Below, one piece after another: positions 26,203 to 36,314 of a stretch of 64,000 nucleotides of DNA. Within the stretch, counting starts at the first letter, position 1. Each line of letters starts with the position of its first letter. The notes below the pieces were generated by a model. The model worked only from the letters and a program-made list of their open reading frames with translations. It was not told where the DNA came from and ran no database searches. The position numbers and the translations under genes are program-made. The stretch is from the IMG/VR virus record IMGVR_UViG_3300027834_000005, positions 283,233 through 347,232 of that record, one strand, 5' to 3'.

Positions 26203-26496
26203 ATGAGTAGTAAAAGACCCCTATACGATAAGATTCTAGTAAAAGCAGAAGCGACACTTGAAAAAACGTCTGCTGGTATCTTTTTGCCTAAGAATAATGA
26301 AAAATCTAAACTCGGCGAAGTCGTTCAAGTAGGCGCAGGAATCAAATTGAAAGATGGTGGTATTAAACCCCTAACTGTTCAAATAGGTGACACTGTGATG
26401 TTTGAAAAAGACGCTGGGTATCTAATGAACGTTGATGGTGAGAAGCTTCTCTTGATGAAAGAAGAAGAAGTTCAATGCATCATCGATAAAGAATAG
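26203..26496 (+). CDS. groES: Co-chaperonin GroES (copy 1)
   Basis: RPLYDKILVK, KTSAGIFLP, GEVVQVGAG, VQIGDTV, EEEV. Confidence 0.93.
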   Translation: MSSKRPLYDKILVKAEATLEKTSAGIFLPKNNEKSKLGEVVQVGAGIKLKDGGIKPLTVQIGDTVMFEKDAGYLMNVDGEKLLLMKEEEVQCIIDKE

Positions 26497-26498
26497 TC

Positions 26499-26768
26499 AT
26501 GAGTGACGATAAAGAAATGGTAACTCGAAGCACGTGGGACGAGTTTAGAAATTCTAAAATGCTATGGTTCGCCAATAGACTTCTACATGTCTTTGGTTGG
26601 GCTATAGTTGTCGATGTTGATGCAGATGGTGCCGTAACAGGTGCCTACCCAGCAAGAGTTAGATTCCGTGGGTTTGGCAATGAGTCTGAAGAGAAAGGTT
26701 TCATTGGTATAACTGAATACATGGTAGAAAATGCCGAACAATTATTACAAGAGGCCAAGGATGAGTGA
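26499..26768 (+). CDS. Hypothetical protein
   Basis: Packed between the two GroES genes. Confidence 0.6.
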   Translation: MSDDKEMVTRSTWDEFRNSKMLWFANRLLHVFGWAIVVDVDADGAVTGAYPARVRFRGFGNESEEKGFIGITEYMVENAEQLLQEAKDE

Positions 26769-27111
26769 ATTTAAGCCATTAGGCTCTACTGTCCTAGTAG
26801 AATCTATGAAGAGCGGAGAAAGGAAAGTTGGTAGAATTATAATTGCCAACGACGACGGTAAAGAACACGGTGTTAGACCAAGATGGGCCAAAGTGAAATA
26901 TATTGGTCCAGAAGTCGAGTTGCTTAAAGAAGGCGATTGGGTTTTGGTAGATCACGGTAGATGGACAAGGGAGATCAAAGCCAGAGGTTTAGAAGGCGAT
27001 GAACTTAGAGCGATTGAGTACCCAGAGAGTGTGCTATTGGTGAGTGAAGATGAGCCAGAAGACGACATGGTTATGAATTCGACTGAACACGGAAAATTAC
27101 GTAGGTTTTAA
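26761..27111 (+). CDS. Divergent GroES-like co-chaperonin (copy 2)
   Basis: FKPLGSTVLVE, GRIII, AKVKYIGPE, LKEGDWVLV. Confidence 0.8.
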   Translation: MSEFKPLGSTVLVESMKSGERKVGRIIIANDDGKEHGVRPRWAKVKYIGPEVELLKEGDWVLVDHGRWTREIKARGLEGDELRAIEYPESVLLVSEDEPEDDMVMNSTEHGKLRRF

Positions 27112-27113
27112 AA

Positions 27114-28043
27114 GTGAAAGAAATTTGGAGCGAACATTACAGACCAGATGACATAGAAGGTTATGTCTTCAAGGATGAAGGTCTCAAGCTTAGAGTCAAA
27201 CAATGGATTGAAGACGGTGTTCTTCCTCACGTAACGTTTTGTGGACCGGCAGGGACAGGGAAAACTACTTTAGCTTTCCTTATCCTTAAAGAGTTAGAAG
27301 TTGACGAGTGTGATATTTTATATATCAATGCGTCGATTGATAATGGTGTCGATCACATCAGGAATCAAGTTGTTGGGTTTGCTGAAACTATGCCTTTTGG
27401 TGATTATAAGTATGTGCTTCTAGACGAAGCAGACTATGTGACCCATAATGGCCAAGCAGCACTTCGTGGGGTCATGCAAGACTTCGCGGATACAACTAGG
27501 TTCATATTAACGTGTAACTTCGTAGGGAAGCTTATGGAGCCGATTGTGAGTAGGTGCCCACCTATCACTATTGATGCGCTAGATGTCACTGAGTTTACAG
27601 CCAGAGCTGCTTCTGTACTTTTGACGGAAGGTATACATTTTGGTGAAGAAGACTTAGAAAACCTGAACGAATACGTTAAGCACACATACCCCGATTTACG
27701 TAAATGCATTAATAAGTTGCAATTAAGTTGTGTTGGTGGTAAAATACTGCCATTCTCGGACGATGAGAGCGGAAGTGAGAAAGAAATTTTCTTAGAAATG
27801 ATATCTTTGTTCAAGAAAGGCCAAATCAGTGATGCTAGAACATTAGTATGCAAAGGCATAAGCCCAGACCAGTACGTAAGTGCATATAGGTTCTTATATG
27901 AGAACGTGTCCATGATTGCGAGAGATGTTACGCATGAATGTGAATGTTTATATGCAATCAAAGAAGGCTTAGTTGACCACGCAGGTTCTGGTGATCCAGA
28001 AATATGTTTGAGTGGTACAATAGCGAAACTGTTTATATTATAG
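27114..28043 (+). CDS. Clamp loader small subunit (RFC / T4 gp44-like AAA+)
   Basis: WSEHYRP, GPAGTGKTT, INAS, LLDEAD, RFILTCN, SRC, PDLRKCIN; GTG start. Confidence 0.93.
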   Translation: MKEIWSEHYRPDDIEGYVFKDEGLKLRVKQWIEDGVLPHVTFCGPAGTGKTTLAFLILKELEVDECDILYINASIDNGVDHIRNQVVGFAETMPFGDYKYVLLDEADYVTHNGQAALRGVMQDFADTTRFILTCNFVGKLMEPIVSRCPPITIDALDVTEFTARAASVLLTEGIHFGEEDLENLNEYVKHTYPDLRKCINKLQLSCVGGKILPFSDDESGSEKEIFLEMISLFKKGQISDARTLVCKGISPDQYVSAYRFLYENVSMIARDVTHECECLYAIKEGLVDHAGSGDPEICLSGTIAKLFIL

Positions 28044-28051
28044 AGGAATTT

Positions 28052-28258
28052 ATGAAAGATAAAAATGGATATAAAGAATTATACGACGATACCGTGGCAT
28101 GTAGTAAGACTGCATGTCGTTTAACGGGCCTAACCATTCTTGGTTCTTGCTTGTTAGCGTCAGCGATACCATTAGCGTATTTATCAGCGTGTGAAGATAG
28201 CGTGAATATGATGATGGGTAAATTCAACCGAGGTACTGATGATGAATCAGCCTCCTGA
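28052..28258 (+). CDS. Small membrane protein
   Basis: SD GAGG; central hydrophobic segment. Confidence 0.5.
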   Translation: MKDKNGYKELYDDTVACSKTACRLTGLTILGSCLLASAIPLAYLSACEDSVNMMMGKFNRGTDDESAS

Positions 28259-28847
28259 AAGTAAGATAATCCTAACTGACGTTGATCATTGTCTAACCTC
28301 ATGGATACATTCATTTCATGGCTACATGGATGAACTTGGACATGCTAGAGTCGATGATCACCACCAACACTTTTTTGTGAATGATAAGTATAACATCGAC
28401 TTCGATCACGCAGAAGAGTTAGTTGCGGAATTTAACCTTACGGACAGTATCAAGACATTATCCCCTTTTAAGGACTCTCAGGAGTACGTGGGGCGCTTGA
28501 AGGACGAAGGCTTTGAGTTTCATGCGGTTACAAGCATAGGCACTCATAAGACCACTGTGGCTAATAGAATCCACAACCTTGAGATGTTATTTGGCGAAGA
28601 TACTTTCTCTTCGGTTAATTGCATACCAGTGTTTGGCGATAAGAGTCAAATATTGAAGCGTTGGAAAGATGAAAAGTATATGTGGATTGAAGATTGTCCT
28701 AAGAATGCTGAAGTCGGACTGAATTTGGGATTATTCCCTATCTTGATAATGCATCCTGAAAATGCTCATAGTAAATTGGAAGTACCAAGGGTCTCAAATG
28801 AGAACCCTTGGAAAGAGATATATGATATGGCTCAATACTACTATTAG
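28239..28847 (+). CDS. HAD-superfamily 5'(3')-deoxyribonucleotidase-like protein
   Basis: ILTDVDHCL (DxD), HAVTS, DKS, WIEDCPKN. Confidence 0.85.
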   Translation: MMNQPPESKIILTDVDHCLTSWIHSFHGYMDELGHARVDDHHQHFFVNDKYNIDFDHAEELVAEFNLTDSIKTLSPFKDSQEYVGRLKDEGFEFHAVTSIGTHKTTVANRIHNLEMLFGEDTFSSVNCIPVFGDKSQILKRWKDEKYMWIEDCPKNAEVGLNLGLFPILIMHPENAHSKLEVPRVSNENPWKEIYDMAQYYY

Positions 28848-29593
28848 TCTTCGCCGTAAACTCTTAGAACTTCTGAAACTATTTCAGATCTCTCAACGTG
28901 CGACTTATCAAACTTACATACTGCGACCATGTCGCTGCCTGTGTCAGTCAATCGTTGGGTAAAGTCTAATAGACCATTCTTCTTAGTGAAGTCAGACTGG
29001 TTAAGGTCACCTGTGACAATCAGTCTACTTCCTTCGCCAATACGTGTCAATACACATTTAGCTTGACTCTCAGTAGTATTCTGAAATTCATCTGCAAGAA
29101 TTAAACAATTGGATAAAGATCTACCCCTCATAAATGCGATAGGGATAATTTCAATTACTCTATCTGCCATCATAGCCTTAACTTGGTCCGGTGTAAAGTA
29201 ATCATTAAACACATCCAAGATAGGCATAAGCCAAGGTTCCATCTTAGAGTTGATATCTCCAGGTAAGAAACCGTGCTTCTCTCCGTCTGTACCAACTGCT
29301 GGTCTAGTTATTACTACTCTCTCAATATTGCCTGCTAATAGTTCTCTAACGGCTAATAGGGCACCCATGTAAGTTTTGCCTGTACCTGCTGGTCCAACTG
29401 CAAAAATTATCTTTTTAGACTCATCTTCTAGATTTAACACATAGTCTTCTTGGGCTGTATTCCTAGGGATGATCTGGACATCCTTCTTCCTAGCTTTCTT
29501 GGGTGTGAATTCACGTTCACGCTGTTTATCGATTTCGACAACATTTTCGTTACGCGAGTTACTTCTCTTGGAGCGAGGTTTATGTTTGCTCAT
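28844..29593 (-). CDS. phoH: PhoH-family ATPase
   Basis: AVGPAGTGKT, ITRPAV, GFLPG, MRGR, ADEFQN, TRIGEGS, TGD..QSD. Confidence 0.95.
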   Translation of the reverse strand: MSKHKPRSKRSNSRNENVVEIDKQREREFTPKKARKKDVQIIPRNTAQEDYVLNLEDESKKIIFAVGPAGTGKTYMGALLAVRELLAGNIERVVITRPAVGTDGEKHGFLPGDINSKMEPWLMPILDVFNDYFTPDQVKAMMADRVIEIIPIAFMRGRSLSNCLILADEFQNTTESQAKCVLTRIGEGSRLIVTGDLNQSDFTKKNGLLDFTQRLTDTGSDMVAVCKFDKSHVERSEIVSEVLRVYGED

Positions 29594-29698
29594 GGTATTT
29601 CCTTTTGTATTTTATTTGAAGCGAAAGCTTCTATGCCGCTCAAGGCGACAGTGGTGGGTGGGGACTGTGTACGTAGTGTTTTACATATCATATGTAAT

Positions 29699-29706
29699 TA
29701 TTTATA
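29699..29706 (-). promoter_or_regulatory. T4-type late promoter for phoH
   Basis: TATAAATA on the minus strand, about 105 nt upstream of the phoH ATG. Confidence 0.6.
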
Positions 29707-29770
29707 AGATTTTGACATAAATCCCTTAATACGTGTCAGATAAAGAATGACTTATTCCTCACAATTTTTT

Positions 29771-29778
29771 GATAAATA
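29771..29778 (+). promoter_or_regulatory. Late promoter motif
   Basis: GATAAATA 26 nt upstream of ATG 29805, at the start of the structural cluster. Confidence 0.6.
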
Positions 29779-29804
29779 GATAGAAATAAGCAGGTATATT
29801 TTAG

Positions 29805-30377
29805 ATGTCCAGACACTTAAACGACGTAAAAAACAAATTATCATATCTAAACTCCAATGTTAATGTGCTTGATTTGCTCATGGAATTCGAAAGAACCATG
29901 GATAATGCAAATGTATACGCATATAAAAACTGGATGGACGGTGAGATAGTTCAAGGACCCGATATCGAGAGATTCTGGGTGACTGTTGATTTTATGTTCC
30001 CATACAACATGATGCCAGACCCTATGGGCGGCATGAGATTGACCAAATTGGGTTGTAAAGTCACATATCGTAAAGATAACTTTAAAGTCCCAGTGAAAAT
30101 AACTGGTAGACACAGCTACAGCAACTTCGAACAAAAGAAAGCCAAGATTAAGACTCATAAAGTGTGGATCGTTAGTATCTGCATGCCTAAGAGATTCTTA
30201 GATGAGCGCCTTCTTGACATAATCAATTCTAATGGCGACGAAAATAGCCTTGATGTCGATACCACCGATATATCCGATGCATATGATGCAAACGTTGAAT
30301 CCGTAGAAGATATGGGTGAAGGCGGCATGGAAGGAATGGACGGTATGGAAGGTGAAGATATGGGAGAAGAAATGTGA
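29805..30377 (+). CDS. Conserved-type jumbo phage protein
   Basis: LMEFERTMD...YKNWMDGEIVQGP...MPDPMGGMRL..LGCKV.Y; acidic tail. Confidence 0.65.
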   Translation: MSRHLNDVKNKLSYLNSNVNVLDLLMEFERTMDNANVYAYKNWMDGEIVQGPDIERFWVTVDFMFPYNMMPDPMGGMRLTKLGCKVTYRKDNFKVPVKITGRHSYSNFEQKKAKIKTHKVWIVSICMPKRFLDERLLDIINSNGDENSLDVDTTDISDAYDANVESVEDMGEGGMEGMDGMEGEDMGEEM

Positions 30378-31147
30378 GTTTAAAACATGGTGATTTGAAA
30401 AGATGCATAATGCCAATGATTTCAGTCGATGAGTATGAATCTAAGACTGGCGGTAACGAAGAAGTGATTGTCGTTGCCTATTATGCCATCGAAGAGGACG
30501 CAGCTAAAGACTTGGATGACTTTATTGAGAAAAGCTCAATAGATATCTTAGATGTCGATGTAAGCCCTAATCCTACTGAAGACGGACACTATATGGTTTT
30601 CGTTGAACTTAAACGTGCACCTGATTTCTTCCAGAAACTATATGGTATCACTGAAGAGGTAGAAAACCTTGCCGGTAAGATGGATTGGATGGTTACGACT
30701 AGGTCGGCAGAGAATGAAATCCCTTTAGGTGATGAGCAGCTTGAGACTAGTGTGTATGTCGCAGATATGACTCCGGTCATGACTGACGATGACGAAGACA
30801 ATAGCCCAGATATGGCAGAAGAGCAAGATTCCGAAGGTGAAGACATGGAAGATATGGATTACGACGAAGTTGAAGAGGCTATGTCCCTATTCAACACTAA
30901 CAGTATGATAGCAGAAGCTGTTGATGGAAAGATAAAATTAAGTGGTATTTATATGGATGTCATGGATTGTGATACTGAGACGGTTATATCTGAAGCTTAC
31001 GATCACATCCCTATGGACTTTACAGAATCATATGAATGTAAAATACTGAAAAAGGCACTAGGCCTTGATTGGGAAATAATAAATTTAAGAGAGTGTGTTG
31101 CCCTGAAACATAACGTTAGTGGCAACGTGGTTATAGTGAGGGTATAA
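30374..31147 (+). CDS. Conserved-type acidic jumbo phage protein
   Basis: GTGA coupling; ISVDEYESKTG...DLDDFIEK...LDVDVS. Confidence 0.65.
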   Translation: MSLKHGDLKRCIMPMISVDEYESKTGGNEEVIVVAYYAIEEDAAKDLDDFIEKSSIDILDVDVSPNPTEDGHYMVFVELKRAPDFFQKLYGITEEVENLAGKMDWMVTTRSAENEIPLGDEQLETSVYVADMTPVMTDDDEDNSPDMAEEQDSEGEDMEDMDYDEVEEAMSLFNTNSMIAEAVDGKIKLSGIYMDVMDCDTETVISEAYDHIPMDFTESYECKILKKALGLDWEIINLRECVALKHNVSGNVVIVRV

Positions 31148-31148
31148 G

Positions 31149-32879
31149 ATGGGACTTAAATTAGGTAACGGTGTAATAATTAGTACATCGGGAGCACCAG
31201 ATCCGGTAACGGGCTTCTTGCTTCCAATAGGCGACCCCAACACTGGTGACGGTGATGGAAGCTTAGATGACGGTGCGATTCCGTTAGATGAGAATATGTC
31301 GGTATCTAATGCTATCGACAAAATCAATGAGTTTATGTTGAAGCTAGTTCCAGCGGCCCCTACATTATTCCCTAACGGAACACTAGTGGAAAGTGGGTAC
31401 ACAGTCGGTTTAACGCCGTTATTGTGTTCTGGAGCTATTCCAGATAATACAAGCGGTGGCACTCTGCCTTCTGTAGTGGCCGGAGGCGATGCTTCTCCTT
31501 ATAGAGGTACATCGGCCATAGTTGACTCAAATACGTTAGTAGAGAGCGGCTACGGAGACACAGGAAGCATATACGTGTCTTACAATAACATAAAGGGTGG
31601 AGAATTGTTCTTTACCACTAACACTGGTGATTCAATTAATAGCGGAAGCATAGAAGTTACTAATAATAACTGGTTCCCTATTTCTCAGCCTAATTTCCAT
31701 CAATCATTTGATGCGAAGGTAAACGACGCACCGGCACTTGACGGTTGGAATAGGTATTCTTTGACTTATGTAGACGCCGACGTATTACCTCACATATCTG
31801 ATGAATTTTACGTAATTAAGGACAACTTAACAAACACTGCTTCCTTCACTAGTGGTGCATTAAGTGAAAGTATAGCTGGAACGTTAGCACTTAGTTCAGG
31901 TATTAATCATTACCAAACTGGAGCTGTTTTGTTAATGGCCGGTGCAACTATAAATGACCTATCCGGTTACACGTATACTAGTAGTGATCCTTTAGAGATT
32001 TCTTCCATTGGCGGAACTCTTACGAACGGAGAACCTACTGTTGATTATACGTCTCTAGGAATTGCAACTCCGCTGAGTGTTGGTACTACCGGACAATTAG
32101 TGTCGTATGATATTACATTAGACGAAGTTAATTCTCACGCAGAAGATAATTTGAGATTTAGAGTTAGAAATACGAACGGATACGGAAACTACGTAGATGT
32201 TACGGCCATTAATGTTTTATACATGGACGGCGTTACTTCTAATGTGGATGAATCTGCAATCGTAGCACCAACTAGCAATGCGTACCGTGTTGATTTAGGT
32301 TTAGGTGCCACGTTAGTTGATGCTCCAGCAGTAAACTTACCTGCTACGCCTACAGTGTTTAATTCTACTCAATTATTAAACGATGTATCTTATACGTCTG
32401 AAGCTGCAGTAGTAGGTGGAACACTAAAGCACGATGTTAGAGATTACACGGCTGGTTTCATGCCAGCAGGACCAGATTATACAAATAAGAAGGCTGACTC
32501 GCAATATATAGATATTGTATTAAGCGAAGAGTCTTTGAGTAATATTACGATAAATATTCAAGGTACGTATTCTGGTCTATGGATAGGTTTAGAGGACTAT
32601 TCAGAAGATATAGCTATTTGTCCAAATTCCATTAACGGAACGTGGTGGGATGGTTTTGTAGCATACAACGGATCTGGTTTGCCTGCTAGAGCAGGAGCGT
32701 CAGCTGGTTGTGCTGAGGGTTTAGTACCTACTGGAACGAGTGGATCATACGTGATGACGTTCGGTACAGCAAACACCTCTAAGAATTCAAACGGTACTGA
32801 CTCGGTAACACCTAAAAATATATATGTTAGATTGAAACTGTCTGCTGGACAGTCAATCACAAGTCTTTCATTCGGCTAA
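31149..32879 (+). CDS. Virion structural protein (beta-rich)
   Basis: 576 aa, Gly/Ser/Thr-rich, in the late cluster. Confidence 0.65.
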   Translation: MGLKLGNGVIISTSGAPDPVTGFLLPIGDPNTGDGDGSLDDGAIPLDENMSVSNAIDKINEFMLKLVPAAPTLFPNGTLVESGYTVGLTPLLCSGAIPDNTSGGTLPSVVAGGDASPYRGTSAIVDSNTLVESGYGDTGSIYVSYNNIKGGELFFTTNTGDSINSGSIEVTNNNWFPISQPNFHQSFDAKVNDAPALDGWNRYSLTYVDADVLPHISDEFYVIKDNLTNTASFTSGALSESIAGTLALSSGINHYQTGAVLLMAGATINDLSGYTYTSSDPLEISSIGGTLTNGEPTVDYTSLGIATPLSVGTTGQLVSYDITLDEVNSHAEDNLRFRVRNTNGYGNYVDVTAINVLYMDGVTSNVDESAIVAPTSNAYRVDLGLGATLVDAPAVNLPATPTVFNSTQLLNDVSYTSEAAVVGGTLKHDVRDYTAGFMPAGPDYTNKKADSQYIDIVLSEESLSNITINIQGTYSGLWIGLEDYSEDIAICPNSINGTWWDGFVAYNGSGLPARAGASAGCAEGLVPTGTSGSYVMTFGTANTSKNSNGTDSVTPKNIYVRLKLSAGQSITSLSFG

Positions 32880-32888
32880 GGATAAGTA

Positions 32889-35800
32889 ATGGCAATAAAT
32901 GATTCTCAAAAAGTAGACATTCTTTGGAAAAAGATTAATTTCGGAAAGACCGAAACTGATATCGAAGGCAAAGAAGGTTATAACGAAGTAATTGCTAGTC
33001 CAGTCGCTACCTACTCTAAAGATGTGTGGAAGGAATCTGAATTGATTCCGGTTCCTCCTACTTTAGGTGCTGGTCTTGGCGGCACGTCTGAATATATTAC
33101 TTTACAGTGTACAGTTGATTCATCTGTTACTGGAAACAAAACATGGCTAACTGCTTCTTCTGTGGGCAACCCAACTACGCTAATAGGCGACTGGATAGAC
33201 ACGACTTTCAGTCCTGAATATCTTGTTGAAGTGTACGATGGTAATCCTAGTGGAACGGGTGATCAATTAAATCAGAGCACACCTGATGAAGAATGGAATT
33301 TCGATTACGTAGCTGGTGTTCTTTATTTCCCTAATAATGTCCCTGCTGGGTTATCTGAGATATGGGTTAAAGCTTACCGTTACGTAGGACCAAAAGGTGT
33401 TGACGTTACTTCGGTGTTAAACGGACAGAAAATGTTTTCTGGTGACGGAGATCCTAACTTATCTATTGACGCAGAAGTTAATGGCGCTGACCTAGGTGAT
33501 TACTACATAGACACTGATGTTATTAGTGAAGGTTACAGAAGTAGATATCAAAAAATGGACGTTGCAGCCGATACGTGGATTAAAGATCTAGGTCTACCTC
33601 ACGCCGGTCCAACAGGCCCTAATGACTCCTTTCCTATACATCAAGTTTCTGGAGAGTGGGACCCTAATTTAGGTTTTCCTCCTACTGGTTTAACGCAAGC
33701 TGGTATGATAAAAGAAGTTTCCCTAGAAGGTGAGTATGACGGTAAGACGTATACTAATTACATCCTTTATAAAGGTGATGATAATCCTGTGCCTCAAACT
33801 TGGTATGAACCTTGGCCTTTAGGTGGCGGAAGCGGCGGCGGCGGTGACCCATTACTTCCTTGGGTTGTTGTTAGTGCTAATGCTACTGCATTTGATGGCG
33901 CAAGATATTTAGCCAACACGACGTCTGGAAGTTTCGATATTGCATTACCATCAGGTCCATCTGTTAATGATAGAGTTACCATTGTTCCTCTATATCCTAC
34001 GTATGATGTTAATCCTTTAACCGTATTAGGTTCTGGTGAGAATATCATGGGTTCTGGAACTGATCTATTGGTAAATCAATTAGGCGCATCTATAGAATTA
34101 TTTTATGTTAATCCGACTGTTGGTTGGGCTGTAATAAATCAAGGCGATGTTGGTATTATTAATAACATCGATGATAGCGGCGTTAGTATTTATATAGAAC
34201 TAACGGATACAGGAATTGGACATACTCATAGTGCCACAGTTACATTTGAACAAATTTCAGATTTAATTGAAGGGACAATAGGCAGTGTAGTGGTTCCTTC
34301 TAGTACTAATGCTGGACATAGCCATAACGTAACTGTTGCTTACCAAAACGGCATCATTGTCGTAACTGATATTTCTGCTAACGGTGTGGACAATCACGGA
34401 AGTATAATTCTTAACGGTGTCATCGATGATGAGCCATGGGAAGTTATTACTGCTAACTATACAGCCGAAGCTAAAGAAAGATTATTGGCAGATAGTACGC
34501 TTGGTAGTTTCGACATCACATTACCTGCTACGCCGCAAATAAATGATAAAGTGTCTATTGCACCTCTCCACCCAACATATGACACTAACCCTGTCACAGT
34601 GTTAAGGAACGGAGAACTTATTAACGGAGCAACTGATGATATTCTTTTAAACCAACTTGGTCTTTCAGTGGAATTCTTTTTCGTCGGCGGTACTGTTGGG
34701 TGGGCGTTAATTAGTAAAGGTGAAACTACAATAATCAATAACATTATTATTGATGGCGGTGTTATAGTAGCTACACAACCAGGTATTAATACATTTACTA
34801 ATACGAATACTTTCACAGCAGATATTTTAGTTCCAGCGCCGACAGTAGATGGTCATGCCGCGACTAAAAAATATGTTGATGATGAGATTGCTGGTAATGT
34901 GCCTTCGGATGTTGCATTCACTAATGCGGCAAATACTTATACTGCTGGGGCACAAGATTTTACATCTGTTCCCATGACGGTTGCGGTTCCTTCTGTTAAC
35001 GCTAGTCCAGCAACTAAACTGTATGTCGATACTGAAATTTCTAATAATGTGCCTACTGGTGTAGCTATATTAGCAGATGCCAACACATTCACTAACACTA
35101 ACACATTTAGTGATACGACTAATCTAAATGGAGCTGTTAATTTCACAGGAACTAATAGCATAAATGCTACTGGATTATTCACTTTAGACTTTAATAGAAC
35201 ATCTGGTTCTAGATTGCAAATTGGCACTAGTACTACTCATGACGGTGAGTTAAATATTAAAACTGTTGATGGTATTACAGATGCATTTAGAGTGTATGAA
35301 ACAGGACCATCCGATGCGATATCTATAGGTCATGCTAACGTTGAAATACTCGACATATTAGCAGACACTATTACGATAGATGCAACTACCGCAGTAGACG
35401 TAGATTCCCCATTGAATATAAATGTAGTTAATGGTGGCCAATTTAATATTGTTGATGTGCCAGGATCTACACTAGTATTACAGTCTGGTGGTGACTTCGA
35501 AGTTACTGCTGGTGGTGGCGGAAGTCTATGGGTACAGGGTTTAAGATTCCCTAACGCAGATGGCACGGCTGGACAATCTCTTTCTACTAACGGTAACGGT
35601 TCTTTAGAATTCATAGACGCCTTAGACACTAGCGCAGATTATACTATGACTGGTGAGTGGGCATTTGAATTATCTAATGATAGGCACTTCATTATTACTG
35701 ATGATGCCACTTTGGTTGCTAATAATTATGTTAGTGGTGTGTTTGATCATGATGTCGCTGAGAACGCAACTGCGGTAGTTTATAAAACCGAACTTACTAA

Positions 35801-36314
35801 TGGCAGTACACAAAACAAGTCAACTATCAAGCTTACTTCCGGTGACGCTACGTATGATTCGGAAGCTATAATTTCTGCGGAGACGCCAGACAATACTAAA
35901 CTTGCACAAGTTAGAGCTTTCACTGATTTCAGTGATTCGGTAATCGAACTAACAGCAGAAAGAGTTGTTGTTAGTGCTGATCCTGTTGATAATCTTGGCG
36001 TTGCTACTAAGCAAATGGTAGATCCAGCAATAGAATATGTTACAGCTACAACTTACACAATATCCGCAGCTGACCATAGGAAAACTATTGAATTTGACAA
36101 CGCAAGTACAATCACATTGACCATTAATAACGGTCTTGGTAATGATTTCTCCTTCACTGCTATTCAAGGTGGAGCGGGTAAGATTGTATGGGCAGGATCA
36201 GCTACCGTAAACAACGTGGATAACCACGTAAGAACTAGAGGACAGCACGCAATGGCAACATTCGTTTCTAGGTTAAATGGGACATTCGTTGTTGGTGGTG
36301 CTACAGAAGTATGA
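32889..36314 (+). CDS. Large tail/appendage fibre protein with two T4 gp34-like repeats
   Basis: Two W......A....RxLAxTxxGSFDIxLP..P..NDxVxIxP..PTYDxNPxTV...G..I.G..xDxLxNQLG.SxE.F.V..xVGWA repeats; AATKxYVD motifs. Confidence 0.75.
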   Translation: MAINDSQKVDILWKKINFGKTETDIEGKEGYNEVIASPVATYSKDVWKESELIPVPPTLGAGLGGTSEYITLQCTVDSSVTGNKTWLTASSVGNPTTLIGDWIDTTFSPEYLVEVYDGNPSGTGDQLNQSTPDEEWNFDYVAGVLYFPNNVPAGLSEIWVKAYRYVGPKGVDVTSVLNGQKMFSGDGDPNLSIDAEVNGADLGDYYIDTDVISEGYRSRYQKMDVAADTWIKDLGLPHAGPTGPNDSFPIHQVSGEWDPNLGFPPTGLTQAGMIKEVSLEGEYDGKTYTNYILYKGDDNPVPQTWYEPWPLGGGSGGGGDPLLPWVVVSANATAFDGARYLANTTSGSFDIALPSGPSVNDRVTIVPLYPTYDVNPLTVLGSGENIMGSGTDLLVNQLGASIELFYVNPTVGWAVINQGDVGIINNIDDSGVSIYIELTDTGIGHTHSATVTFEQISDLIEGTIGSVVVPSSTNAGHSHNVTVAYQNGIIVVTDISANGVDNHGSIILNGVIDDEPWEVITANYTAEAKERLLADSTLGSFDITLPATPQINDKVSIAPLHPTYDTNPVTVLRNGELINGATDDILLNQLGLSVEFFFVGGTVGWALISKGETTIINNIIIDGGVIVATQPGINTFTNTNTFTADILVPAPTVDGHAATKKYVDDEIAGNVPSDVAFTNAANTYTAGAQDFTSVPMTVAVPSVNASPATKLYVDTEISNNVPTGVAILADANTFTNTNTFSDTTNLNGAVNFTGTNSINATGLFTLDFNRTSGSRLQIGTSTTHDGELNIKTVDGITDAFRVYETGPSDAISIGHANVEILDILADTITIDATTAVDVDSPLNINVVNGGQFNIVDVPGSTLVLQSGGDFEVTAGGGGSLWVQGLRFPNADGTAGQSLSTNGNGSLEFIDALDTSADYTMTGEWAFELSNDRHFIITDDATLVANNYVSGVFDHDVAENATAVVYKTELTNGSTQNKSTIKLTSGDATYDSEAIISAETPDNTKLAQVRAFTDFSDSVIELTAERVVVSADPVDNLGVATKQMVDPAIEYVTATTYTISAADHRKTIEFDNASTITLTINNGLGNDFSFTAIQGGAGKIVWAGSATVNNVDNHVRTRGQHAMATFVSRLNGTFVVGGATEV

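Noticed and set aside
29652-29662. G-quadruplex (GGTGGGTGGGG)
   Set aside because: Too few full G-tracts. It is better explained as the loop of the ACAGT/ACTGT stem and is C-rich on the phoH mRNA.
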